Shown here: positions 25,047-37,783 of the stretch, piece after piece
How the letters are laid out: the number at the start of each line of letters is the position of its first letter
Position numbering within the stretch: the stretch's first letter is position 1
NCBI GenBank assembly: GCA_040437565.1
Contig: JBDOQK010000067.1
Coordinates: 124,001-164,373 of the forward strand
Direction of reading: 5' to 3'
Origin: Albugo candida
Lineage: Eukaryota
Length of the DNA stretch: 40,373 nucleotides
Made by a program: the position numbers and the translations under genes
The notes under the pieces: model-generated
Told to the model about the DNA's origin: nothing
The model's input: only the letters and a program-made list of their open reading frames with translations
Database searches by the model: none

Positions 25047-27665
25047 TTATGCAAGATAGCGATACGTGTTTTCTACTTTTGGGTCCCGTTCTAAGTAATC
25101 GCGATCAATTAGAGCCTCAATACGTCGCTTGATAACTTTTAAGTTAGGACGGAAGAAAGAAAGCTGACTCAATACTTCGGATATGAGTTGTTGATGCTGT
25201 AAGGATTTACGAGCTTTCATAATACGCACGATTGCAGCTTCGATTGCTATACTTCGATCGTCTTCCACATGTTTTTGACTATGGCTATCTTCCAAAGAAG
25301 CCATTGGGATCCGAATCTTGCGCATGGGGCACGAAAACGTTTTGTTTAGTGCGAAATAATCGTTTGTTGAGATGGTCTTCCCAGGGGGAGTTTTGGTCAA
25401 GATTTTGTACTTTCCACATGACAGCGAGTGCAGGATCCGTTTCACAACGTCTACGGATAGATTGAGTGCTTCTCGTAATGTTTCAAAAGAAAAAGGACCT
25501 TCTGCATCATTGAATAGTAGCAACGCTACTGCCTGCAATGTGGTCACTTGTAGATCGTACTGTTTTCGAGACGAAAATGATGCTCGGACCNNNNNNNNNN
25601 NNNNNNNNNNNNNNNNNNNNNNNNNNNNNNNNNNNNNNNNNNNNNNNNNNNNNNNNNNNNNNNNNNNNNNNNNNNNNNNNNNNNNNNNNNTTTCCACATG
25701 ACAGCGAGTGCAGGATCCGTTTCACAACGTCTACGGATAGATTGAGTGCTTCTCGTAATGTTTCAAAAGAAAAAGGACCTTCTGCATCATTGAATAGTAG
25801 CAATGCTACTGCCTGCAATGTGGTCACTTGTAGATCGTACTGTTTTCGAGACGAAAATGATGCTCGGACCTATAAAAAATATGTGAGGAATGGCGTGCAG
25901 GCGTATAAAGAGAATACGTGCATACCGTAGCGTTTCCAAGAGAATGCATCCATTGTAAACGCCGATGGCTCGTTTTGGAATCATAGTAAATTTTGAAAGA
26001 GCTCATACATTGTACCATCGGAGGAGGCATTGTGACTTCCAAGATTTTGTAAGACGGCCAGTAACCCGTCGTTAAAACCTGTGCAGTGAATTCTATAGCA
26101 CCAGTATCGGTTTTGATTGATGCACCGCTCTTGTCGGATTCACCACTTTCAATCTTGCTTTGTGATTTCAGAAATGACTCAAAGTCTTGTTGATGATCGG
26201 TACCAATCGTCAAGTCATTCATCATTCCTTCCATTTTGCTGGTAAATTGAGCACCACAACGAAGTTTCAGTTTTCCAATCATCAAAAGCTCAGCATCCGT
26301 AGAGGCAGAACGCTGATTGAGCAATCGTTTGGCCAACTGATTCCTATATATTTCGGCGAAAAGATCTTTATCGATCATATACGAGAACACCGATACAACT
26401 TTCTCGAGAAAAGTTTCAACTTGTTCGTCGCTCAACTTTTCACCACCCGTCTTCAAGATACGATCACAAAAGGTACTCATCAGTTTGGCGGAATTGTCTG
26501 ACCCAACATCTTTATTGACAAAATCTACAAATGCGTCTTTTAGTGCTTTTTGAAACAAATTGTTGCCTCCAAATTGTTCATTAACAAGGTTTCGAAATTT
26601 ATCATGGATGAAGAGGATCTCCTTGATATATTCTGGATCAGAAGCAGCATCTTTTACCACCCCAGACTGCAGCTCTTGAATCCTTTTTTCAACGATTGCG
26701 TTTCCGACAGCAGTGATATGAAGCTGTACAAGGTCAGCGATCGGCTCTAATCCATGCTCGATCCTCGAAAATAGACGGAACATCCGGGATAAATCATCCA
26801 TTTTATCATTACTCATCAATGCAATCACCCCAGACTTTTCCCGTTCTATCAGCTCCTTCTGCGCTTCTTCTAATAAGACTGTTTCTAATCTTCTAATGAC
26901 TTTGGGTTCCGTCGAAGCATTAAGATATCTTGAGACTCTTTGTCGTTCTTGCATCAGTGCTTCTTCTACCTTCTTCAAGTAAAGAGGTGTAGAGTCATCC
27001 GTAAGCCAGCTTTTCGATTTGTTGAGGTAATAAATTCCAGTATTTTGCAAAAATTCGTTTTCGAAATAATTCTGATACACGCTCAAATACGATTTCATTC
27101 CCATAACTTCAAATATCTCTACACAATTCTTAATCATAGCTGTATCAATTAATTCGCCATTTCTTTCTATGTCGATCAACTGAAGCACGACGGATTTTGC
27201 TCGACTTGCCACCTTTTGGAATATAACGCGATAGAAACTTTGCATTCCTGCTTCTTCCAGCGTTGGCAAGGCGTGATGTTTGACATAATATCGATTCAAA
27301 TACATGAAAAACTTGTACATCCATTGATTCATTATCTTGTGGTTTTCCCAGCGTTTTACCAACTGTGGAAGAAAAAACTCATCGTGGGTTTGCTGCAAGG
27401 AGGGCAACACCGTTTTCTCGAGATATTCGTCAAATGTTTCCCCATGTAATTTATAAAGCTGTTCGGAATAATTGAATGGAGATCGCTGTGTGCACATATT
27501 GTAGCACGTTGTATAGATCGGCATGAACACTTTTGGCGGAAAAGGGCCCTCGTGAACGTTCTCGAATCCTCTGTTAAGGATATCAAGCAATACGTCAATC
27601 GCCTTCGGTTTGATCTCGTGATCCCAGCCTTCTTCTAACGTTATCATTGCTTTTGTAGAAACCAT
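25047..27665 (-). CDS. CUL1: Cullin (CUL1-like scaffold of a cullin-RING E3 ligase), about 760 aa
   Basis: YTTCYNMCTQ, FMYLNRYYV, DKDLFAEIYRNQLAKRLL, KLKLRCGAQFTSKMEGM, VLTTGYWP, neddylation motif IEAAIVRIMKARK and terminal YRYLA. One 56-bp intron (25870-25925). 25411-25590 is duplicated across a gap. The subfamily assignment is less certain than the cullin call. Confidence 0.95.
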
Positions 27666-30283
27666 TTTTCTTCAGCACTTGAGAAGCTGTGGGCTTTTGG
27701 GAACGACGCGAGTTAAATTATCTGCACCATCGTACTAGTTTTCACAGGTAACGTGACATCATATCAACTTTTTGTTTGGTGTGCTGAAGTACAATGCATG
27801 CAAAAGATCCGGTAATGTGCATATGTTTGATAATTTCACTCGACGCTCAATCGTAGAAGATCGTCTCCTGGTCCCATCTTCGGCTTTTAATTTCCTGCCT
27901 CTTTTAACCGCAAATAGAAAGATGGAATTATTTCACGCACCCGATACACATGGCACTTACTTTCACCCCGATCATAGATCCTCTACCAACTATCTTATTT
28001 CAATTAGCAAAGCATAACCATGTATGGATACATACGCAGTGCATAAGATTTCTTATCATACGCGGTATACGCCCAATAATTCATTTTGATGGAGTTTCAT
28101 CGATTTGATCAGAAAAAAGGGAAGGAGAATCGGGAAGCTGCATTATACAGCTAGAAGTCAAAAAGAGGCGGATACCGCAAGGGTTCACTAGCATAGATGG
28201 CTGGAGAATCAGAATGATTTCCGTATTTGTTACAAGGTGGATGATTAAAACATCAGGGTTCAATACAGCAGCAAGTCATTTTGGCGCAGAGCCTTGACAC
28301 AGATGTGTTTCATGGCTGTAATTCGTGACATCGTCCAGCTAGCTCGATGCTGGGCATCAATCTCACTGCAAGTGTACGTATAAGCATGATCGAAGGGATG
28401 CCAGGAATTATCTGTTTGAAGGTCGCACGTTCACAGATACCTTTTATTGATGTGGTCGCTGCTCAGTAATGACATTGCTTCAATACAGCAACAAAAGGAT
28501 TAAATCATATTGGCAACGCGCCGAACTACCGAACACGTACAGACGTATGAGTCCTAACTCGATTCGATAAAAGTTATCGAGTTGTACACTTGTTCAATCG
28601 TGCTTTTCGACCGCGTTTTGACAATCAACGTGATTGGAGATTCTCAAGTTGCGTAGTTGTACGCTATCGGGAAATTTCACCGCATAAGTATCGAGTCATT
28701 GACGAGAGACCAGCAAATATAACCATGCATGCGCAACTCCATTTCTGCATGTTTGATAGATAGCCGAGTATTTCATAGTTCACCTTTTATGAGCTAATTG
28801 ACATATGAGGATTTGGGACGGTAGTGTCGTATGCAATCATTCTTTGGTAAGCAAAAAGATAAATCCAGGACGGATCATGAAATGCTAACTTGAGTAACTC
28901 CACGTGCTGGCTGAATATAAAACAACCAAGGTGACGCGGAGAACTGAACAGATAATGTATCTTAAAAATCCCTTTCTACATTATCATAGAATCAAATCAA
29001 TTTATTATGGAAACAATTGCTTGATAGTCTCCATATTCAATTACAAAGTCCAGTAAACTCAGCGAAGGCGAAGGTAGATAGATGTACATTAATGGTTTAG
29101 TCATTCGATGATTCGATGGCTCCGCTCGCTTTCTACCCGACACCATGATCTCTATCTATAATGAGCCCAGATGACACAGTGGTTATATCAGTGACACATT
29201 CACGGCAAACAGCCAAATAGAGTCGTTTTTGATAAGTGACACGATATCAAAACCGACTAACTCTAAAGATAAATTATTGCGCCGTTCCTTCTATAACGCT
29301 NNNNNNNNNNNNNNNNNNNNNNNNNNNNNNNNNNNNNNNNNNNNNNNNNNNNNNNNNNNNNNNNNNNNNNNNNNNNNNNNNNNNNNNNNNNNNNNNNNNN
29401 TACCGAACACGTACAGACGTATGAGTCCTAACTCGATTCGATAAAAGTTATCGAGTTGTACACTTGTTCAATCGTGCTTTTCGACCGCGTTTTGACAATC
29501 AACGTGATTGGAGATTCTCAAGTTGCGTAGTTGTACGCTATCGGGAAATTTCACCGCATAAGTATCGAGTCATTGACGAGAGACCAGCAAATATAACCAT
29601 GCATGCGCAACTCCATTTCTGCATGTTTGATAGATAGCCGAGTATTTCATAGTTCACCTTTTATGAGCTAATTGACATATGAGGATTTGGGACGGTAGTG
29701 TCGTATGCAATCATTCTTTGGTAAGCAAAAAGATAAATCCAGGACGGATCATGAAATGCTAACTTGAGTAACTCCACGTGCTGGCTGAATATAAAACAAC
29801 CAAGGTGACGCGGAGAACTGAACAGATAATGTATCTTAAAAATCCCTTTCTACATTATCATAGAATCAAATCAATTTATTATGGAAACAATTGCTTGATA
29901 GTCTCCATATTCAATTACAAAGTCCAGTAAACTCAGCGAAGGCGAAGGTAGATAGATGTACATTAATGGTTTAGTCATTCGATGATTCGATGGCTCCGCT
30001 CGCTTTCTACCCGACACCATGATCTCTATCTATAATGAGCCCAGATGACACAGTGGTTATATCAGTGACACATTCACGGCAAACAGCCAAATAGAGTCGT
30101 TTTTGATAAGTGACACGATATCAAAACCGACTAACTCTAAAGATAAATTATTGCGCCGTTCCTTCTATAACGCTCGCCGCATCAAAGAGGGCATAAAATA
30201 TTGTCTGGATATACTCGGAATTAGTATCAAATCACCTTAATATTGGATTGGTACGAAATACTTGATTATTGCCAACAAGGAAA

Positions 30284-33084
30284 ATGGTTCGCTCTCTTGA
30301 CACGTGGCTTTTTGGTGAAGAGCAAGTGGTATCATGTAAACAACCCATGCGTAAACGCAACACTACAAAAAACGTTAAGCATCTGAATCGCACGTCATAT
30401 GACACATCTGTACACTCGCCTACGGGCACAACCTTCAGGACTAAAGCACAAATATTACGAAGTGATTCAAAGACGAATTTGAGAGACCCTTTATGTCCCG
30501 TACCAATCAGTCTTCGGTTTCGACAATTATTTGGAAATGACCGATTGCAAGAGAAGCAAAGTCGAGCGTTCGATGAGAAGGCAGCCAAAATTTGTAGCCC
30601 TGAATCAATGACGTTGCAAAAGATCGTCCGAGATTCAAACAAATTACCGTTTTTCTTAGAATGGCTAGCATTAGCAAAAGATAACGAATCACATTATCAC
30701 CAGGTTGTTCTATTCTTGCTTGAAGTGGAGCAATTACACTCCGTAGACTCGACGAAGAAGGCAGATCAAGCACAGAAAATCTGGTCAAAATATTTGCGTA
30801 AGGATTCGGAATTTGACATTTCGAGTACCCTACAACTTACAATTGAACTAAAGCAGCTGGTATGGGATCACATCAAGTCTGGTGAAGTGACATTCTATCC
30901 AATACAAAAACTTGCGTACACAAGACTTAGCAGAGAAGAATTACCGATGTTTGTTGAGAGTCGAGAGTATTACAATATGGTCATGAGTATGGAAACAACA
31001 ATGAGATCTATACCACTGGAAGAATTACTTCAGGTAATGAAATCAAGACCTTGACATAATATGCTGACGAACTATTTGTCTGTTTCGTGTAGCAACCCAG
31101 GGCTGCACATTACTTTCTTTTATACCTAATGGAGAGCAGGCAGCATTTTGAGCTATACTTCTGGCTTCATACTGAATATGTACTACTTCCAGCTTTGGAG
31201 AGTAACGAAACGACCTTTTGGAGTCTCTCGCACATTTTGATACAAAAATGTCTTACAGAATCTAAGGCCATAACGATGGTAACGAAGAAAGCTTTGCAAA
31301 ATACGGTGGAGAGCAAAGCAAAGCGTAGAACTGGCGTTCGGTCGGAACCGATGCTGAAAAACTATCTAATTAAAGCACAACAAGAAATTTTTGTAATGTT
31401 AGAAGCCTCAAGGTATGACCGATTTTGCAAAAGTAATCTCTACAAGATTGTACTGAGAGACCCTTTGCTTACGTGGGCACGTACGGGAGGAACAAATGAC
31501 GGCTTCACCGACTTGATGTCATACGAAAGTTTGCCGAAAAACACTGGTAATTTACACGGGCAAAGCACCACCAAATTGGTCATCTGCGAAGATGCAGAGT
31601 TAAATGAGTGCGAGAGAACCGGTTCTCCTAACACAGAACAGACTGATTTAGGTGACTCGATCGAGAGCCCACCCAGCTCAGACTCTGGTCTTTTAGGTCT
31701 GAATTTGGAGAGTATTATTCGATTCACAGATTTACCGGAAGGATTACAAGTTCACTATCGCCCTAAGTATAATATCGCAAACAACACTTTACTGGAATGC
31801 TGTGATGAATCTACTTTGATCAAGGCTTTTATCTTCGAGGCAAGTAGTGGTCACCACAGTGCAACAAATACACATCAAAGTTGTGATCTTGAAATTCATC
31901 AAGTCCACATTGATCAGAAAGTCTCAAAATCAGTAGAAGATTTCCATGATCTCAGCACCCGTTTGAAACCTTTTTTTGTGCCTGATGGACAATTGACCAT
32001 CTCCAAAACATCCAAATGTCCCGGCGATATGTTGTTCTGTTTCCAGCAAACGGGCCAACACGGACTGATGAATGCAGCCGTGTTTCTCACATATCAGGAC
32101 ATGTTGAATGTAGTAAGCGAGGAAAAAGAGCGTCGTGCAAGAGGTTTATCATTTGTATCCAGAATTATTTCGGCTACAACTTTACGCACACTACTCCAAC
32201 AATATCTAAGTGATCATGAAGCTTGTGATTACATGTGTTCCAAGCAACTGGTGAAGCATTTTGCTAATCAGCACCCACTACAGATGGCGAAACTCGGACA
32301 TTATCCGACTCTTAGCTCCCCGGTGAATGGTGCATGTTATGATACAACGCTTGAGCCACTCGTCCAATTTTTTGGTACTACTGGGATGCTACAACTACTT
32401 GCTTGCGCCCTACTTGAATGCAGCATTGTATTTGTCTCCGATCAGTACTCTGCTCTGACGAACTGTGCCGAAGGTATACGATCCTTGCTGAAACCCTTTC
32501 AATGGTGCCATGTCTATTTGCCAATTCTCCCAAAGTCCCTTCTGGCATATTTAGAGTGTCCTACCCCCTTTTTGGCTGGTATACACACAAATTATGCTCA
32601 CGAGTCAATCTTCCCAAAATCAGGTTCAGTTGCCATTGCAAATACCGAAACAGGAATGATTTATTATACTGGAAGGAAATGTACTAATTGGCAAAATTTG
32701 GGAATATGTGTCCATGATGCTGATGTGAGTCTTCCATTTGCATTCAAAGATACAAAGCACGCGCTAGATAGACTGCTCAATCCGTTCCTCTTCGACCTTG
32801 ATACCGTCAATCCAAAGCCGGCCAACAATCATGTTTATAGGACGCCATTTCCTGATGGTAAAATCAGGAGAGAATGTCGCAGTCTGATTGAGCATCTTCT
32901 TCAAGGTCACATGGATGCGCGCTTAATTGTGGGTGATGTAAGAGAGTTTGTTGTGATTTTCGATGAGGAACAATTTCTCGCATCGAAATCTGCAGAAGGA
33001 ATAACCTTTTACCGAATGCTCTTGCGCACACAGTCCTTTTCCGAGTACATTGGCGTATCATCCACACCCTTACAAACAACTTGA
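30284..33084 (+). CDS. Tandem RGS-domain + DENN/dDENN protein (913 aa; exons 30284-31033 and 31093-33084)
   Basis: A 59-bp GT-AG intron joins the two ORFs in frame. RGS1: LQKIVRDSNKLPFFLEWL..VLFLLEVEQL..AQKIWSKYL..FYPIQKLAYTRLSREELPMFVESREY. RGS2: LEELLQQPRAAHYFLLYL..LYFWL..AQQEIFVMLEASRYDRFCKSNLY. DENN: ALLECSIVFVS..LLKPFQWCHVYLPILP..YLECPTPFLAGI. dDENN: FDEEQFL..FYRMLLRTQSFSEYI. Confidence 0.88.
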
Positions 33085-33674
33085 GATACTTGTGGAGAAA
33101 AAACGCCGTCTCAAAAAGTATCTCCACAGATTGTGATAATCTTGAGCTTACACGTTCTAGAAGAGAATGGATAAGATGGGGATTTTCTTGTATACGTTTC
33201 TAGCATCATTTTGTGCTCGCACCAGGAAATTCATCCTCGGGATTCAATGCACCACAGCCGCAACTGGCGCTTTAAGAGTTCCTTTGAATCTTTCGGTTCC
33301 GCATTATGATCAGCGAAACATCTTACGGTTTCAAAATTTTGATGCGTGAGATTTATGAGATTGTGAATAACCGATCGGTATGTAATGCTCTATTAATCAG
33401 ACACACACTTACTGAACCTCAACTCTGGGTAACCGCTTCGAGATCGTTGTAACGCCGCAAATATGCGAGCATGTGCTGACCGACAAAATCTGCCTCATAA
33501 CGCTATTGTCTGTGTTCATTGATAGTTGCATGGTTGCGAATGCAACTACTAATCGAGTTCCGTATATACGTACAGGGTCCCAGGCAAACCCTCCGTTGTT
33601 AATCTCTCCCATCTCTGCTACACATCGAGTGAGTGGTTCATATTTTTATATTGTTCGTTACCACACTCGAAATA

Positions 33675-34820
33675 ATGCAAAGCATTCAGGATAATATTCT
33701 AGGAGCTGAAGGTTATAATTCAAATAATAATTGGATAAGAGAGCAGTGGATTGCCAACTTGAAGAAAAAGCAGAGGAACCAGTGCTTTGAGACTAGCATG
33801 GATGTTTTCACGCCGTCATATGGCAGTGGTGAAGGACCATTTGCAAAGTATAGCCCTCAAGCATCAGACCAAGAACGGGTGCGTATTTTTAACAAACATA
33901 AAGCGCACGCTTTGCTGATATTCTTCTAGTTACATCTTGATGGGATCATATTGAATAATCTCGAATGTTTTGCTCACGTGTGTGTCAGTCCTTCATCGCT
34001 GGGCGGCCCAATGGGAAGTACGAGGCACCCTGTGCATAATGTAGCGGCCGGGAGTAAAAAAACACTCAACACATTGTTCAAAAAAAGAACCAATCACACC
34101 AGTATTGGTATTAATGAACCGAGGCCGCGTACGCCACGAAGGAAATTAAACTGTGGATCTGTTTCCTTTGATAACGATGATGCAAGAAGTCCAAACCAGG
34201 AAAAGATCATGAACGAGTGTGACGCATCGATCGATGAAAGAGTGGAAATACTCCACGATATGAACCAACCGTGGGCTGACCCAAAGACACCACTTCATAC
34301 TTGCTGGAATTTAGCCACCTCAAAATGCGCCGACTTGCTGGCGGAAGACGGTCTTTATGGGGAAGCTTGGGACTCGGCATCGATGCTGAATGAAGAAAGT
34401 AATCTTAAACTCATTCGGACCGCTAGTTTTGACCAGGAAGGACTGAGACAAGTCTTCGAGCAGACTCATCTGAGTGGAAGTAGCTCATTCGAGCATTCAG
34501 CGCTGGACGCAGCAACTGGTGCATTCAATGAAATATCTAGTACATCAAGTAATCAAAAAGACGATGTGGTCGACATTCTTCAAGGAGATGGGCTCCTCAA
34601 TTCGCCGTCTCTCAATAGTGATATACAGTCTCCGTCGCTCACAGCCGCAATTACAGCTGGTTATATACCAAATGATGGCAATCAACACGAATTCGATTTA
34701 GCTGAATTCGATAATCTTGTAGCAGACTGTAAATTTCTCGAATTTGATAACGATTTGAACTATTTGAATTTGGTTTCGTATATGTTGTACGACAGGAGTT
34801 GTCAATCCATGCAGCCATAA
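33675..34820 (+). CDS. Hypothetical protein (basic N-terminal half, acidic Ser-rich C-terminal half)
   Basis: Two ORFs joined in frame by a 51-bp GT-AG intron (33879-33929). A possible extra terminal exon lies near 34888-34916. No domain recognised. Confidence 0.65.
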
Positions 34821-35335
34821 ATACGACTCTGAAATACATCCGTAATTGACCCGAGTTTCTCGCTTATAAGGTCGATACATTTCTCAGACGAACAATCGAT
34901 TTAAGTACGTTAAATGACACAACTTGTGCACAGAAGAATCACCTTGTATCGTCGACGAATCGGTATTCATGCCAAATACGCTACCGAAATTTGGAGTGCA
35001 TTGATGGGTACTCGAGTCATTTTTCAGGTGATGACAATTTGATTGTAATGTAAATGACGTGCATTCCGCAACCACGAGCAATTTTATAGTGCTGCTTGTG
35101 ATGCAGACATTATTGACCAGGTGACGCAAATCACCGTTTGTGATGCTTATCAGCATACTAATCAGATTTGGATCGACTCAAATTCACATGATTGATATGG
35201 ATAGACATTTTGATGTTCAGGAATCGTTTCTGTTGTTGGGCCGACTCAGCTGGCACCTTCAAGCTGCGGTTACTTTAGAGCTAGGGAAAATGTCACTGAT
35301 GCACAACTCGATTTTTTCCAATCATGTCATGCGGG

Positions 35336-35610
35336 ACTAGCGTCAATATAGCTGACTGCGCTGGAATAAAATTGGGACGATTTTAAGCACGTATTGCTGG
35401 AGTTCATACCCCACCGTCATAGTCTTCTGTGCGGCCGTGAATGTCGGCTAGTATGGATATTGCGAAGTTCCAATCTGATAAAGAGCCAAGATCTGGATTG
35501 TTAGGTGAAAATATTTTAGACGGAGCTTGATACGGTTGATTAGTTTTCAAGTATCATACCATAGAAAGTCACTGAGAAGAGAAGTTGGAACTGAAAATAA
35601 AAGAGCTAGT
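35336..35610 (+). pseudogene. Degraded paralog fragment (5' part, including the BAG region) of the BAG/HSP20 gene
   Basis: actagcgtc..gctgactgcg..aagcacgtatt..ataccccaccgtcatagtcttctgtgcggccgtg..ccatagaaagtcactgagaagagaagttg aligns with the reverse complement of about 20374-20686. Contains stops and an internal deletion. Confidence 0.8.
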
Positions 35611-35689
35611 TTTGAATGTTCGGTGACTTCCAACTTGTGCATTTTAATGGGAGAAAAAAACGCTCATTCGAAGGAATTTGGTGAGGCCA

Positions 35690-36575
35690 CACTCACGTTT
35701 GTTGAAGTCCATCTATCCCAGCAATCACTTACAAAAGCACGGTTTACTGAATGGTCCGGTGCATATGGCCCCTACCTTCCGCACTACATTGCCGCCGCCT
35801 TTTAATCCTGGCGTTTTAAAGCAGTGCAATTTTTCAAGTACAAAAATGATGGCCTTTACAAGCTACTACATGTCGGAAAGCGCCAAAGCATTAGACGCTG
35901 TCGCGCCCATCGACTGGACGCAAATGTGGAAACGGAAACGACATCTTGACCGTGATCTATTGCCATCTACTCCGACCTCAAGTTTCGATAACAACATAAC
36001 GGTCTCCGGATTCGCAAAACATACCGCATCCATATACTGAACAACACGTGCGTCTTCGTGTGCGCGGCGGTGGAATTAGCAAAGCGCTTATTCTGGAACT
36101 GTCCTTTAGCTCAACACCTCTGGACAATTACCCTACGACCCATACAGCACTACTTCAATGCCCCTACACATGATCTACAGCTGTCTATTGGTCATCATTA
36201 GATCTTCGTACCGACGCTTGCCACAGATTTGGCGCGCATAATTTCATCCGAGTCATGAACGTGGTTCGCTGCTTGGTTCCCAAAACCTTTTGGATGGAAC
36301 GGACCAACGTAATATTTCTCTCAGATCCTATGACTAGATCCACTCCATTAATTTCCTTGAAGGTGGCCACCGTTCGACAAGCTTCCTTCCACGTTACAGC
36401 CCATGTGCGACGCCTTGGTTTTTTTGACCCGCTGAACACTCGGCCTAAAGTACTCTGCGATCATTACCTTCTTGCAAGCAGCGAAATTTCTTCTATTGCT
36501 TCAACTACTTTCTACCCTTCGGCTCCGATCCAACCTTTCCCTGTTGAACATGGTCACTTTGAAGGTCAAGTCTAA
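35690..36575 (+). mobile_element. LINE (L1/Tx1-like) ORF2 C-terminal remnant (zf-RVT region)
   Basis: Across frameshifts: IDWTQMWKR..DLLP..DLKFR*QHNGL..CVFVCAAVELAKRLFWNCPLAQHLW..VRCLVPKTFWMERTNVIF, the CxxxC-E-HLFxxC and WxxRNxxIF-type motifs of LINE ORF2 ends. Confidence 0.7.
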
Positions 36576-36716
36576 ACAAATACTCACAGTTGTATAAGTC
36601 AGATAGATTGTTAGATAAACGAGTGTAATGAAATCTTTGACAAACTAGACACCTCTTTCTCATCCTGTCTAAGTTTAAAGGAAGAAAGGGAAAGGGAGAA
36701 GGCTACAGATGGGAAT

Positions 36717-37684
36717 TTGAGGAAAAAATCTTTACTTCTTGGCGATGAAGTTGCACCATGCACAATTTTCACAGACAAGGGTCTTGCACTCAGGACAGCA
36801 TTCAAGAAGGTATTTCCAGTTGCAGCATATATTCTCTGTGTTTGGCAAATTCAGAGATTATGCTCTCTAAATCCAAGCAATGCTTTTGCTGAGATGGACA
36901 GAGTTCATGGAGGATTGGAATGGAATTTTCAGAAGCGCCAGCATTGGGGATTTCAAGCGAGAATGGATGGGGATGTCGTAGATATCTGCACACCATCCAA
37001 CAATCATCAGCTATATGCAGGCAACATGGAAGTCTATCAAAGTAAACTTTGTTACATACTGGATTTGCGTTTCCTACATCTGGGAAACATATACGCTTCC
37101 AGGGTAGATGAAAATCATTTAGCATCAAAACGATGGTTGCAGGTTTCAACAATGAATTTGCAACAAGTCTACAGCAGGATCACACACGATGCTGCGCATC
37201 AAGCAACGAGATTGCAGGTAAAGATAGGTTGTCGAAAGATCCGACAATGGCTGGACTTGGATCACAGATTTTATGACCAAGCAATTAATAAGACTTCAAT
37301 ATTTGTTCTAATAAAATTGTACAATCAGTTGCGCAACGAACATGCCTGGGTCAATTTGCAAGGACTATGAAAGTGCCTTGTCTCCGCAAACTTCTAAAAA
37401 GATAGCAACTAATGGTGCATTGTGCATAATATATTTCCATGCACACTGGCACGATGCCCCCTCCCCCTTGCCTTTCCCCCAACTGCAATCTATTGCAAAG
37501 GCTCAATTTGATGTACCAAACTTTTATATCATCTCCGCAAACAGCAGTATTGCCGAGGTTTATTGCACCACCAGCAAGCTGCAACAAAAAATATTTTGAT
37601 GGAACTTACTTCACAGAGATTTTGAGCTCCATTGAGCCTCATATAAAGCGCATAAGAGGCAGACCATCTCATGAACAGAATTAA
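36717..37684 (+). pseudogene. Second degraded MULE transposase (C-terminal core)
   Basis: IFTDKGLALRTAFKKVFPVAAYILCVWQI, LHLGNIYASRV, HWH and KRIRGRP motifs parallel those of the 16-18 kb transposase. Frameshifted. Confidence 0.8.
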
Positions 37685-37783
37685 TCTTATTGATCAACAA
37701 GAAGAAGCCTTCATTGCATGAATTTGTGAAACTAGGCTAGGTAACATTAGGACCTGTCCAAGATAGAGAGAACCATAGTTTTT

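Noticed and set aside
26187-27598. Multiple ORFs overlapping cullin (and likewise the RGS-DENN, PSD and BAG genes)
   Set aside because: Antisense or alternate-frame shadows of real coding sequence.
28260-28476. Possible 47-aa two-exon ORF on the - strand upstream of cullin
   Set aside because: Splice sites are plausible, but it is too short and featureless to support without transcripts.
28527-30174. 774-bp tandem duplication between cullin and the RGS-DENN gene
   Set aside because: The copies look identical and abut a 100-N gap, so this is a contig-overlap artefact.
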